A stretch of 64,000 bases of DNA, from contig JBPCIX010000054.1 of NCBI GenBank assembly GCA_051005875.1, forward strand, positions 2,825 to 66,824, given 5' to 3'. The translations under genes and the position numbers were made by a program. The notes under the pieces were generated by a model. That model saw nothing but the letters and a program-made list of their open reading frames with translations. It did no database searches and was not told where the DNA came from. Source of the DNA: Actinomycetota bacterium (lineage in GTDB: Bacteria; Actinomycetota; CADDZG01; JAHWKV01). Shown here piece by piece: positions 1 through 8,214 of this stretch (positions are counted from its first letter, which is position 1; each line of letters opens with the position of its first letter).

Positions 1-150
1 CTCGGTCCCCGCGATCACGGTGTGGCCCGCGTTGTTGCCGCCCGAATAGCGAACGACCATATCCATTTCGTCGGCGATCAGGTGGGTGACTTTGCCTTTG
101 CCTTCATCTCCCCACTGGGTACCTACAAGCACTATTCCGGGCATCACCAT
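1..150 (-). CDS. purA: adenylosuccinate synthetase, N-terminal 50 codons (gene continues beyond window start)
   Basis: Reverse-complement of 1..150 reads [50 protein letters not shown]. It contains the GDEGKGK P-loop and GGNNAGHT motifs typical of PurA. ATG is at 150..148. Not in the ORF track because it is truncated by the window edge. Confidence 0.85.
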   Translation of the reverse strand, partial: MVMPGIVLVGTQWGDEGKGKVTHLIADEMDMVVRYSGGNNAGHTVIAGTE

Positions 151-233
151 GATTGTAGTGGCCGGGCGGGGCGCGGGGCTACCTCATCGAGCAAATAAGC
201 GAGCTCGGGAGTGCCCTGAGCCTAGCGGATAGA

Positions 234-2288
234 GTGGCGTATATGCCCGCAGAGTCCCCGATTTCGACGAATAGGCTGGCTGACGAGACCAGCCCGTATT
301 TGCTTCAGCATGCCCACAATCCGGTTGACTGGTACCCGTGGGGAGAAGAGGCGCTTGCACGGGCCCGCAGCGAGGACCGGCCGATTCTGCTTTCGGTCGG
401 TTATGCCGCCTGCCATTGGTGCCATGTGATGGAAAGGGAGTCTTTCGAGAACGAGGCTACCGCCCGCGTGATGAATGAAAGATTCGTGTGTGTGAAGGTG
501 GATCGCGAGGAGCGCCCCGACATCGACTCCATCTACATGGATGCCCTGCTGGCAATGACGGGCCGCGGCGGATGGCCCATGACGATGTTTCTTACGCCCG
601 ACGCCAAGCCCTATTTCGGGGGGACCTATTTTCCGCCCACCGAACAGCACGGCATGCCTTCCTTCGCAAGGATCCTCGATGCCGTCTGGGAGGCCTGGCA
701 GCACCGAAGGGCCGAAATTGGCGAGCAAACTGAAGCTTTGGTCGAGCAGATCCGCAGCCAAGCGGGCGCCCCGTCAAGCGAACCGCTCACTTCCTCACTC
801 ATATCCCAGGCGATTGGCCGTCTTGAGACTTCCTTCGACCCGGTCAACGGAGGTTTTGGATCGGCCCCCAAGTTCCCCCAGGCCCCGGTGCTGGAGCTTT
901 GCCTTCGAGCCGCAGCCGGCCAATTGGGACGGTCCAGGCAAATGGCTGAGGTCACCCTGCGCAAGATGGCTCTGGGCGGAATTTACGACCACCTGGCGGG
1001 CGGCTTTGCAAGGTACACGGTGGACAATCGCTGGCTCGTTCCTCACTTCGAGAAAATGCTCTACGACAACGCTCAACTAAGCAGGGTGTACACACGGGCC
1101 TGGCAGCTCACGGGGGATCCGTTATTCAAGCGGGTATCTATTGAGACCCTTGATTATTTGCTTTCCGACATGGTCTCCGGCGTTGCGCCGGGCACCGGCC
1201 CCCCGGACGCACCATTCGCCTTCGCTGCGAGCGAGGATGCGGACTCAGAGGGCAAGGAAGGCAAGTTTTACGTTTGGGACTACGACGAGTTCATCGGGGT
1301 TGCGCCGGATGGCGCCCAGTTTTACGGCGTCACCAAAGCAGGCAATTTTGAAGGCGTCAATATCCTTACGGCCACCGGCGACGACCCTCCTTTAGGGGAT
1401 CGGGCCAATCTGCTGGAGCAAAGACGGTCTCGCGTACGCCCCGGTCGCGACGACAAAGCGCTGGTCTCGTGGAACGGCCTGGCGGTTTCAGCCTTAGCGG
1501 AAGCCGGCGCTGCTTTCGGCCGGAAGGATCTGACTGAAATGGCGGCAAGGGTGTGCCGCTTCCTGTTGGACAATTCGGTTGATGAAACCGGCCGGCTGAT
1601 GCATTCCTATAAGGACGGCAGGGCCGGGGTGTTGGGCATGCTGGAAGACTACTCGTATCTGACGGAGGGCCTGCTGGCCCTTTGGGAAGTCACGTTTGAC
1701 CCCCAGTGGCTTAGCGAGTGCCGCCGCCTGGCAGAAGAAATGATTAGCCTGTTTTGGGACGAGGAGCGGGGCGGATTTTTCTCGACCGGCCGAGACCACG
1801 AGGCGCTGATCGTGCGACCTAAGGAGTTGATAGACGGCGCAACTCCTTCGTCGAACGGGGTGGCCTCACTACTGTTGTTGCGGCTTGCTGTGCTGACCGG
1901 CGACGACGCTTTTGCAAAAAAGGGAGTCGCCACCCTTAGAGCAGGTCATGTCTATATGTCTCAGGCGCCGCAAGTGGCGGGAACTCTGCTAAGCGCCCTG
2001 GATTTTTACCTATCCAAGCCCCAAGAAATTGTCGTCCTCGGAACCGGGCCCGGCGCGGATCTTTTAAAGACTGAAATTTGGCGTCGGTTTCTGCCCAACA
2101 AAGTTGTGGCCGGGGCCGAACTTGCGGACCCATCAACCGATTCACCCGCCGATTCACCCTTGCTTGCAGGCAAGACTCTAGTAGCTGGAAGAGCGACGGC
2201 TTTTGTCTGCGAGAATTACGCCTGCCAAGCCCCAACAACGGATCCGGCCCAACTTGCGGAGCAGTTGAGCGACGCAGCTATACCTTAA
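234..2288 (+). CDS. thioredoxin-domain protein (DUF255/YyaL-type, N-terminal thioredoxin fold plus alpha/alpha-toroid)
   Basis: 684-aa ORF. N-terminus has [28 protein letters not shown] and the CHWCHVM motif, which are hallmarks of the COG1331/YyaL family. Confidence 0.85.
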   Translation: MAYMPAESPISTNRLADETSPYLLQHAHNPVDWYPWGEEALARARSEDRPILLSVGYAACHWCHVMERESFENEATARVMNERFVCVKVDREERPDIDSIYMDALLAMTGRGGWPMTMFLTPDAKPYFGGTYFPPTEQHGMPSFARILDAVWEAWQHRRAEIGEQTEALVEQIRSQAGAPSSEPLTSSLISQAIGRLETSFDPVNGGFGSAPKFPQAPVLELCLRAAAGQLGRSRQMAEVTLRKMALGGIYDHLAGGFARYTVDNRWLVPHFEKMLYDNAQLSRVYTRAWQLTGDPLFKRVSIETLDYLLSDMVSGVAPGTGPPDAPFAFAASEDADSEGKEGKFYVWDYDEFIGVAPDGAQFYGVTKAGNFEGVNILTATGDDPPLGDRANLLEQRRSRVRPGRDDKALVSWNGLAVSALAEAGAAFGRKDLTEMAARVCRFLLDNSVDETGRLMHSYKDGRAGVLGMLEDYSYLTEGLLALWEVTFDPQWLSECRRLAEEMISLFWDEERGGFFSTGRDHEALIVRPKELIDGATPSSNGVASLLLLRLAVLTGDDAFAKKGVATLRAGHVYMSQAPQVAGTLLSALDFYLSKPQEIVVLGTGPGADLLKTEIWRRFLPNKVVAGAELADPSTDSPADSPLLAGKTLVAGRATAFVCENYACQAPTTDPAQLAEQLSDAAIP

Positions 2289-2539
2289 GCGCCGGTAGCG
2301 GCTGCCGGTTCTCGCTTGGGCATTGCGTCGGTTACCTCGCTGTACTCAGGAAAACGCTTGGCCTGCTTCTTCGACCAGATTTGGATACCGTCAACGCTCA
2401 GTTCGAACTTACCGCCACCCGAGGGGATAAGCACGAACGACTCGATTGCGTTTTTATAGTCCTCGAGTAACTTGGCCGTCAGACCGACGGCCTTGTCTGT
2501 GTAGTCTCAGACTACGCAGTATTCAAGTTCAATTTTCAT
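2285..2539 (-). CDS. Rdx/SelW-SelT-SelH family protein, predicted selenoprotein (CVVU redox motif; in-frame TGA at 2509..2507)
   Basis: Manual translation of the minus strand gives [10 protein letters not shown][TGA][73 protein letters not shown]. This is the beta1-CxxU-alpha1 layout with the IPSxGGxFEV..dG..iWSKK..grFP signature of the Rdx family. An AAGGG Shine-Dalgarno sequence precedes the ATG. Absent from the ORF track because of the TGA. Confidence 0.75.
2474..2492 (-). promoter_or_regulatory. candidate bacterial SECIS hairpin (GGCCGUC-GGUCU-GACGGCC)
   Basis: Perfect 7-bp stem with a 5-nt GGUCU loop. The stem starts 14 nt 3' of the in-frame UGA on the minus strand. Confidence 0.55.
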
Positions 2540-2553
2540 GACTTAACCCTTGG

Positions 2554-3282
2554 CTAGGGAGCTGGGCTCGAGGGAGCTGGGCTCGAGGGAGCTGGGCTCG
2601 AAGGAGCTGGGCTCGAAGGAGCTGGGCTCGGCTTCCGCGTGGGTTTGGGCGTCGCCTTGGTCGTCTTTTTGGCCGCGCTCGGCGACGGCGACTCCTCCGC
2701 TTTCACGACGTTGACGCTTCTGCTGATGAGCAAGCAGCCTTGCTCCGATTCTGTAACGTCACCCTTCACACCGATGGTGAAGCCTTGAATGCTGTTTGGA
2801 AATTTGCTGTTTTCCGTAACGTCGGCAGGATCGAAGGTCGTAGTGCCCGTGTACGCTACGACCAGGGTATCTCCGGCATTAAATACGCAGGCGCCGCCCG
2901 CTCCGTTGAAAGATGTAAGCCGAAGGGCTATCGAGCCGGGCGAGGAATAGTTGAACAACTCGGGTTGAGCGGTTCCGGTGGTTGCCTCAGGGCTGGCGCC
3001 GGGGCTGGCGCTGGAACCGGCCGAGGCCGAGACGGAGGCCGAGGGGCTCGGCGATGCTGACGGACTGGGTGACTGTGACGCGGCACCGCCGACCGTTGTC
3101 GCTGCAGCGCTCCCTGAAGCCTCGACCACGACACCTTCAAGCTCAAACGACGCGGGAGTAGGGCTCGGCGAGGGCGCTTGGGAAGTTTCAATGGGCGTGG
3201 GTGTTGCCACCTTAGCCCGGTCGCACGCAGCGACGGCGAACAGGAACAGCGGAAGAAACAGTATTGCAAGGCGCTTAGACAT
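2554..3282 (-). CDS. secreted lipoprotein, Ser/Pro/Ala-rich, with C-terminal (SSPAP)n repeat
   Basis: ORF 2554..3330. The preferred start is MSKRLAILFLPLFLFAVAAC at 3282, which gives a signal peptide plus lipobox (AVAAC). Composition is low-complexity S/P/A with five SSPAP repeats at the C-terminus. Confidence 0.65.
   Translation of the reverse strand: MSKRLAILFLPLFLFAVAACDRAKVATPTPIETSQAPSPSPTPASFELEGVVVEASGSAAATTVGGAASQSPSPSASPSPSASVSASAGSSASPGASPEATTGTAQPELFNYSSPGSIALRLTSFNGAGGACVFNAGDTLVVAYTGTTTFDPADVTENSKFPNSIQGFTIGVKGDVTESEQGCLLISRSVNVVKAEESPSPSAAKKTTKATPKPTRKPSPAPSSPAPSSPAPSSPAPSSPAP
2557..2631. repeat. 15-bp tandem repeat x5 (GGGAGCTGGGCTCGA) encoding (SSPAP)5
   Basis: Units at 2557, 2572, 2587, 2602 and 2617. 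Units 1-3 are identical. Unit 4 differs from them at one position (leading G to A) and unit 5 at two positions. Confidence 0.9.
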
Positions 3283-3363
3283 CGTCATCATTGTAGATCT
3301 TATCCAACTAAATCCCCAAATAACCTTCAATCAAGCTTATTTTTGCGGGCAGTGCCCTGACCA

Positions 3364-4608
3364 CTAAATGGGCAGAACCGTGTAGCCTTCCTCGTTCAGC
3401 CGGGCTATCAGATTCTTGACGTGGCCGGACCCTCTCGTCTCAACCTGAATGGCCACCTCCACGTCACCCAACAGCCGCGGCTCCGTACCTTCTCGCCGGT
3501 GCTCGATGCCCACTATATTTGCGCCGGCGCCGGAAATTACGCCCGATAAAGTATGCAACTCGCCGGGCCGGTCGAACAAAGTGGTTCGAAAAGAAAAGTA
3601 CCGGCCGGCCGAACCCATCCCGAACCTGATCACCCGAAGAAGAAGCAGGGGATCAATGTTTCCACCTGAGACGACGACCGCGGCAGGGAAATTGATGTGT
3701 GCGTGTGCGCCCAGGATTGCCGCCACGCCGGCCGCTCCTGCTGGTTCGACCAGCAGCTTCGCCCTTTCCACCGCCAGCAGCAGCGCCTCACCGATCTCCT
3801 CGTCGGTGACTGTAATCATCTCATCGACGTATCGCTGGACATGAGCGAGGCAAAGCTCACCTGTCTGCTGGGCCGCCAAGCCGTCGGCGACGGTAGAAAG
3901 GACCGGCACCTGCTGGACCTTGCCCGATTCAAGCGCCAGAGCCACTCCTGCCGCGCCGACCGGTTCCACGCCGACAATTCTGATGGAGGGATTCCGGGCT
4001 TTAGCAGCAACGGCAATGCCCGATATCAACCCGCCTCCACCCACCGGGACGATGATTGTGGCGACATTTGCCAGCTGGTCCATGATTTCCAAGCCGACGG
4101 TTCCCTGGCCTGCGATTACGTCCGGGTGATCAAAGGGGTGCACCATAACCAGGCCCGCCTCGGCGGCGAAAGCCTGAGCGGCGGCGAAAGCCTCGTCGTA
4201 AATTGATCCCTCGAGGACTACCTCAGCACCGTACCGGGTGGTGGCTTCGACCTTTGGCAACGCAGCACCCTCAGGCATAAACACGGTGGCCTTAACCCCC
4301 AGAAGCGATGCTCCGAGCGCTACTCCCTGAGCGTGATTTCCAGCGCTCGCAGCGACGACCCCTCGGTTGCGTTGTTCATCCGACAGCTTTGCAATGCAGT
4401 TGTAGGCGCCGCGGATCTTGAAAGCGCCGGTACGCTGAAGGTTCTCGCACTTCAAAAAGACCTGCCCACCGGCTTGCTCAGAGAGCACCCTCGAGATCTC
4501 AAGCGGCGTTCTGGCGGCCACTCCAACCAAGCGCTCTGCCGCCTCGGTCACCTGATCTATTCCAACAAGCTCCATGGGAATCATTGTGACACTTTGAGCC
4601 AAGCCCAA
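3364..4608 (-). CDS. ilvA: threonine ammonia-lyase (threonine dehydratase), PLP enzyme with C-terminal ACT-like domain
   Basis: 414 aa. Contains FLKCENLQRTGAFKIRGA (PLP lysine), SAGNHAQGVA and GGGGLISG. The start may be one of the internal ATGs (4584 or 4575). Confidence 0.88.
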   Translation of the reverse strand: MGLAQSVTMIPMELVGIDQVTEAAERLVGVAARTPLEISRVLSEQAGGQVFLKCENLQRTGAFKIRGAYNCIAKLSDEQRNRGVVAASAGNHAQGVALGASLLGVKATVFMPEGAALPKVEATTRYGAEVVLEGSIYDEAFAAAQAFAAEAGLVMVHPFDHPDVIAGQGTVGLEIMDQLANVATIIVPVGGGGLISGIAVAAKARNPSIRIVGVEPVGAAGVALALESGKVQQVPVLSTVADGLAAQQTGELCLAHVQRYVDEMITVTDEEIGEALLLAVERAKLLVEPAGAAGVAAILGAHAHINFPAAVVVSGGNIDPLLLLRVIRFGMGSAGRYFSFRTTLFDRPGELHTLSGVISGAGANIVGIEHRREGTEPRLLGDVEVAIQVETRGSGHVKNLIARLNEEGYTVLPI

Positions 4609-4624
4609 TTAGTCTTTCGACAAC

Positions 4625-6406
4625 ATGGATACTTGGGGGGTGCGGCGCCTTATAACAGCTATGGCCACGTTAGCCCTTCTGACCGGCGAGACGATTTCAG
4701 GAATTGCCGGCGCCCAGCAGGTTGACCCGGTTCGCTTTGTCCCCCAGACTCCCGACGCTTCCGTCAGAATCGATGCACATTTTCCCCCAAAGTCAGGAGC
4801 GTGCGGAAAGGAGCAGCGGACCACGCTGCATGCGGCGTACAAGGGGATCCTCGAGGTCGGCCGCCGGGCTGACGGGAACCTTTATCTCGTCAGCGAACTT
4901 AGCTTTGCCGACTACTTAAAGGGGATTGCCGAGGTTCCGAGGCAATGGCCCTTGGAAGCCCTAAAGACGCAAGTCGTCGCGGCTCGCACATATGCAATGA
5001 AGCACGCCAATCCAACAACCGCTCTTGCTCGCGAACTCAATTTTGACCTTTGCTCGACCGATGCATGCCAGGTGTACCGGGGGTTGAACGTGGAGCGAGG
5101 GGCCTGGGGGGACCAATGGGTAAAGGCCGTGGATGAAACCCGCGGCGAAGTTCTTGAATACAAGGGTAAGCCCGCCGACGCCTTGTACTTTTCGACCTCG
5201 AATGGGACAACCTATTCCAACAAAGACGTGTTTGGCGGCGACCCCCTTCCTTACTTGAAACCTGTTAAAGAAAGCGACGACGGGGAATCGCCGCTTTCAC
5301 GCTGGAGCGTGAAAATGCCCTTGGCCGACGTAGCCGAATCGCTAAAAAGGGGCGGCGCCTTTGCGGGTGCGACGATTGACACGATCAAGCAGGATGGAGC
5401 GACCGTTCACTTTGCGGGCGGAGGCCAGTCGGGATCCCTGTCGGTGGAGAAATTCAGAATCAAGCTGAACAACAATGCGATTTGCCTAACGCCTGCCCGC
5501 TATCCCACCCTCGGCGCCGACGGCCGAAAGTATCCGCAAGTGGTTCCATCGAAATGGCTGACCGTCCGCCAAGCTGGCGACGAAGCCATCATCGAGGGAC
5601 GGGGCTGGGGCCATGGCACGGGCATGGTTCAGTACGGCGCCAAAGGCAAGGCCGATCGGGGCCTGGACCACTCCGAGATACTCGCCTTCTATTACGGGGG
5701 CCTAACCCCGGTCAAAACATCCGAGCCCGACAACATAAGGATTAGCCTCGCGGTTGGGCTGGAAGACATAACAGTAGAGCGGCAGGGGGAAGTCAAGGTC
5801 GAGGGCGCCAAGGTCCCCGAAGGACCAATCAACCTCAGTGGCGGCAAAACAATAGCGGTCAAGGCAGGCAGCCCCATCGCCCCAACCCTCAAGATTGACA
5901 ACGTAGTCCTGTCGGCTATTCCTCCGGCCACCGCAACGCCGGGGATCGTGACAGCGAGCCCGTCCCCTGCGCCGTCAAGTCTGTCGAAGTTCGCCTTCAA
6001 CCTCTCAGCCCCGGCAAGGGTTCGCGCAGTTCTGAAGGGACCAGACGGGGCCGAACACCCTCTGCCCGAAGAAGCCAAGGACCGAGGCCCCCAAGAACTA
6101 ACAATAGAAACAACCACAGCGGCCCTGCCCCCAGGCCCCTACCAAGCAGCATTGACAGCAGAAGACGGAGTAGACAAAATCCAGTCCCCTCCAACCCAAA
6201 TCGAGATAACAGCGCCACCCCCATCCCCAAGCCCCTCTCCAACCCAAGCCAAGCCAACTCCCAAACCATCCCCCACGCAATCCCCAGAGCCGAACCAGAC
6301 CAAAAAAGCCCTTCTATACGCAACAGCCGCCCTAATGGCAGCAACAATCACTGCTCTATTCCTGTACCAAGCACAAAGAAAGAAAGCAAGAAAGCCCCAC
6401 GCCTGA
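4625..6406 (+). CDS. SpoIID/LytB-domain protein with Pro-rich linker and C-terminal TM anchor
   Basis: 593 aa with an N-terminal signal peptide. Contains YLKGIAEVPRQWPLEALKTQVVAARTYA and GWGHGTGMVQYGA, typical of the SpoIID family. The C-terminus is a PSPSPSPT linker plus a hydrophobic helix and a KKARK tail. Confidence 0.82.
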   Translation: MDTWGVRRLITAMATLALLTGETISGIAGAQQVDPVRFVPQTPDASVRIDAHFPPKSGACGKEQRTTLHAAYKGILEVGRRADGNLYLVSELSFADYLKGIAEVPRQWPLEALKTQVVAARTYAMKHANPTTALARELNFDLCSTDACQVYRGLNVERGAWGDQWVKAVDETRGEVLEYKGKPADALYFSTSNGTTYSNKDVFGGDPLPYLKPVKESDDGESPLSRWSVKMPLADVAESLKRGGAFAGATIDTIKQDGATVHFAGGGQSGSLSVEKFRIKLNNNAICLTPARYPTLGADGRKYPQVVPSKWLTVRQAGDEAIIEGRGWGHGTGMVQYGAKGKADRGLDHSEILAFYYGGLTPVKTSEPDNIRISLAVGLEDITVERQGEVKVEGAKVPEGPINLSGGKTIAVKAGSPIAPTLKIDNVVLSAIPPATATPGIVTASPSPAPSSLSKFAFNLSAPARVRAVLKGPDGAEHPLPEEAKDRGPQELTIETTTAALPPGPYQAALTAEDGVDKIQSPPTQIEITAPPPSPSPSPTQAKPTPKPSPTQSPEPNQTKKALLYATAALMAATITALFLYQAQRKKARKPHA

Positions 6407-6589
6407 AAAGAAAAAGGGTGTGGAAAGCCAAAGGGATGGGAAGAAAGGGAGTAAGAAAAGCCAAAAGGATGGGGCGGGCCCGTGGGTTTTTCCCTACTCG
6501 TGCGTATTAGTAGGTGTAGGCGAAGGCGAAGCTAAAAGCACCCCACCAAACCGAAGCACCCAACAAACCGAAAAAAGGGAGTTCATCTG

Positions 6590-7444
6590 ATGGCTAAACG
6601 TGGTGAAGAAGCCGGTGTCATTCCGGATGGTCTGGGAGCATTCTTGCAGGAGATTGGCCGTTTCCCGCTGTTGACCCGTGAACAAGAAGTTGAGTTGACT
6701 AAAAAGATCGAAAAAGGCGACAAAGCCGCCCGCGACCTCATGATCAGCTCGAACCTGAGGTTGGTGGTTTCAATAGCCAGGCGCTACCGCGGCGGGTTGC
6801 CGTTGCTTGACCTAATTCAAGAGGGGGTCGTTGGATTAGTCCGGGCAACAGAGCGCTTCGACTGGCGCCGGGAATGCAAGTTCTCGACCTACGCCACGTG
6901 GTGGATCCGCCAAGCTGTCGTGCGAGCGGTGCATAACGACTCAAGGACAATAAGGGTTCCCATTCATCACTCAGAAGCCGAATGGAAGCTGCGCAAGGCC
7001 GTGTTGGATCAGACTGAAAAGCTGGGGAGGGGCCCAACCGAGGAAGAGCTTAGCGCCGCCACCAGTATTACCCCCAAATATCTTGAGAGCATCCGGCTGG
7101 CTGGGCGAGTGGTTGCCAGCATCGATCAGCCTATCGGCGACGACGGTAGCGGATCGCTTGGGGACCTCCTATCGTCTCCGGAGCCGAGTTTCGAGGCTGC
7201 CGTCGATTTCGAGCATTTGGCCGCCGCTCTCCGACAATGCCTTCAGGCCCTTGAGCCAAGGCACAGAGAGGTAATTGGTCTTCGCTTTGGCCTGTCCTCG
7301 GGCGACCCAATGACACTGGAAGCGGTCGGCCGGACACTGGGGATCTCGCGCGAGCGAACTCGCCAGCTCGAAATGGCCGCTCTAGGCAAGTTAAAGCGCC
7401 TAAGGGGAGTGACTTGCCTGCGAGAGATAGCTTTCGCCGCATAG
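6590..7444 (+). CDS. sigma-70 family RNA polymerase sigma factor (regions 1.2-4 present, no region 1.1)
   Basis: 284 aa. Contains FLQEIGRFPLLTREQEVEL, NLRLVVSIARRY, DLIQEGVVGLVRATERFD, FSTYATWWIRQA and a C-terminal HTH LEAVGRTLGISRERTRQLE. Confidence 0.85.
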   Translation: MAKRGEEAGVIPDGLGAFLQEIGRFPLLTREQEVELTKKIEKGDKAARDLMISSNLRLVVSIARRYRGGLPLLDLIQEGVVGLVRATERFDWRRECKFSTYATWWIRQAVVRAVHNDSRTIRVPIHHSEAEWKLRKAVLDQTEKLGRGPTEEELSAATSITPKYLESIRLAGRVVASIDQPIGDDGSGSLGDLLSSPEPSFEAAVDFEHLAAALRQCLQALEPRHREVIGLRFGLSSGDPMTLEAVGRTLGISRERTRQLEMAALGKLKRLRGVTCLREIAFAA

Positions 7445-7454
7445 CCGGCGACGG

Positions 7455-7814
7455 CTAAAGGTAAAGCCCGGTCTTTCCTTCCGTCCGCTCAGAGGCGACC
7501 GCATGGATGTCGCGCTCACGTACGACAATGTATTCCTGATCCCTAACCTCGACTTCATAAGCAGACTCGGGGCCGAACAAAACTAGGTCCCCCGACTCCG
7601 CGCTCCTAACCATAGGCCCGCAGGCAACCACCTCGCCCCAAAGCGCTCTGCGTGTTTCAGCATCGACAGTTGCAGGAATGACTATGCCCCCTCGTGAGCG
7701 GCGCTCACCGATTTCCTTCGGAGGGACAACCAGGATTCGGTCGGCCGTCATTCTGATGGAATGGCGGGCCAAGTCTCCTTGGATTTGTCTAATGTTTTTC
7801 GATGGTCCTGGCAT
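7455..7814 (-). CDS. GroES/cpn10-fold co-chaperone-like protein with C-terminal extension ending GLYL
   Basis: The core ADRILVVPPKE..RSRGGIVIPATV..WGEVVACGP..SGDLVLF..YIVVRERDIHAV aligns by eye with GroES. The ATG at 7814 is preceded by GGAAAGGGA. An alternative ATG at 7751 (MTADRILVV) gives 99 aa. The 171-aa ORF-track version overlaps hspR and is too long. Confidence 0.65.
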   Translation of the reverse strand: MPGPSKNIRQIQGDLARHSIRMTADRILVVPPKEIGERRSRGGIVIPATVDAETRRALWGEVVACGPMVRSAESGDLVLFGPESAYEVEVRDQEYIVVRERDIHAVASERTEGKTGLYL

Positions 7815-8214
7815 GTATTCCCTTTCCGGCGGCAAAGATATCGCGAACATCGCTAAGGCGAACAAGTACCCCGCGACTTTCGCGCCGGCGGGTAAGCTCT
7901 GCCTCCGAATCGGCCAGCATGCGAGTGGCTTTCTCCAGGGACACCTGCATTCGCTCAAGTCGGTGCTCAAGATCGATAATGATCCTCACCCCGGCCAGGT
8001 TGACGCCCGCGTTTTGCGTCAGCGCCTGAATTCGATTCAATCGCGCCACGTCGCGCTCGGAGTAGCGGCGAGAATTCCCCTCGGTTCGCTTGGGCTCCAA
8101 AAGACCCTTACGCTCGTACATTCGAAGCGTCTGCGGGTGAACACCGGCGATTTCCGCCACAACGCTGATTACATACACGGCTCGGTCCCCCGGGCCGGGC
8201 CTGGGCTCACTCAT
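7789..8214 (-). CDS. hspR: MerR-family heat-shock repressor HspR
   Basis: Contains YVISVVAEIAGVHPQTLRMYERKGLLEPKRTEGNSRRYSERDVARLNRI (MerR HTH). It lies immediately downstream of dnaK-grpE-dnaJ, as in Streptomyces and Mycobacterium. The start MSEPRPG overlaps the dnaJ stop by 8 nt. Confidence 0.85.
   Translation of the reverse strand: MSEPRPGPGDRAVYVISVVAEIAGVHPQTLRMYERKGLLEPKRTEGNSRRYSERDVARLNRIQALTQNAGVNLAGVRIIIDLEHRLERMQVSLEKATRMLADSEAELTRRRESRGVLVRLSDVRDIFAAGKGIHARTIEKH

Noticed and set aside
2557-2631. Possible CRISPR array (this repeat, and likewise those at 14924..15076 and 50965..51039)
   Set aside because: The repeats are contiguous with no spacers. The units are 15 or 33 bp, in frame inside CDSs, and no cas genes are present in the window.
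6459-6490. Terminator after the SpoIID-like gene (GGGGCGGGCCCGTGGGTTTTT), and the purine-rich direct repeats AAGCCAAA(A/G)GGATGGG at about 6427 and 6460
   Set aside because: The GC-rich segment before the T-run does not fold into a convincing stem (the CGGGCCCG palindrome leaves no loop). The repeats are short and lie in a low-complexity purine tract.
7815-7970. N-terminal 52 codons of the 171-aa GroES-like ORF
   Set aside because: They overlap the hspR coding region in another frame, and the sequence (MSTDLSECRCPWRKPLACW...) has no GroES-like or signal-peptide character.
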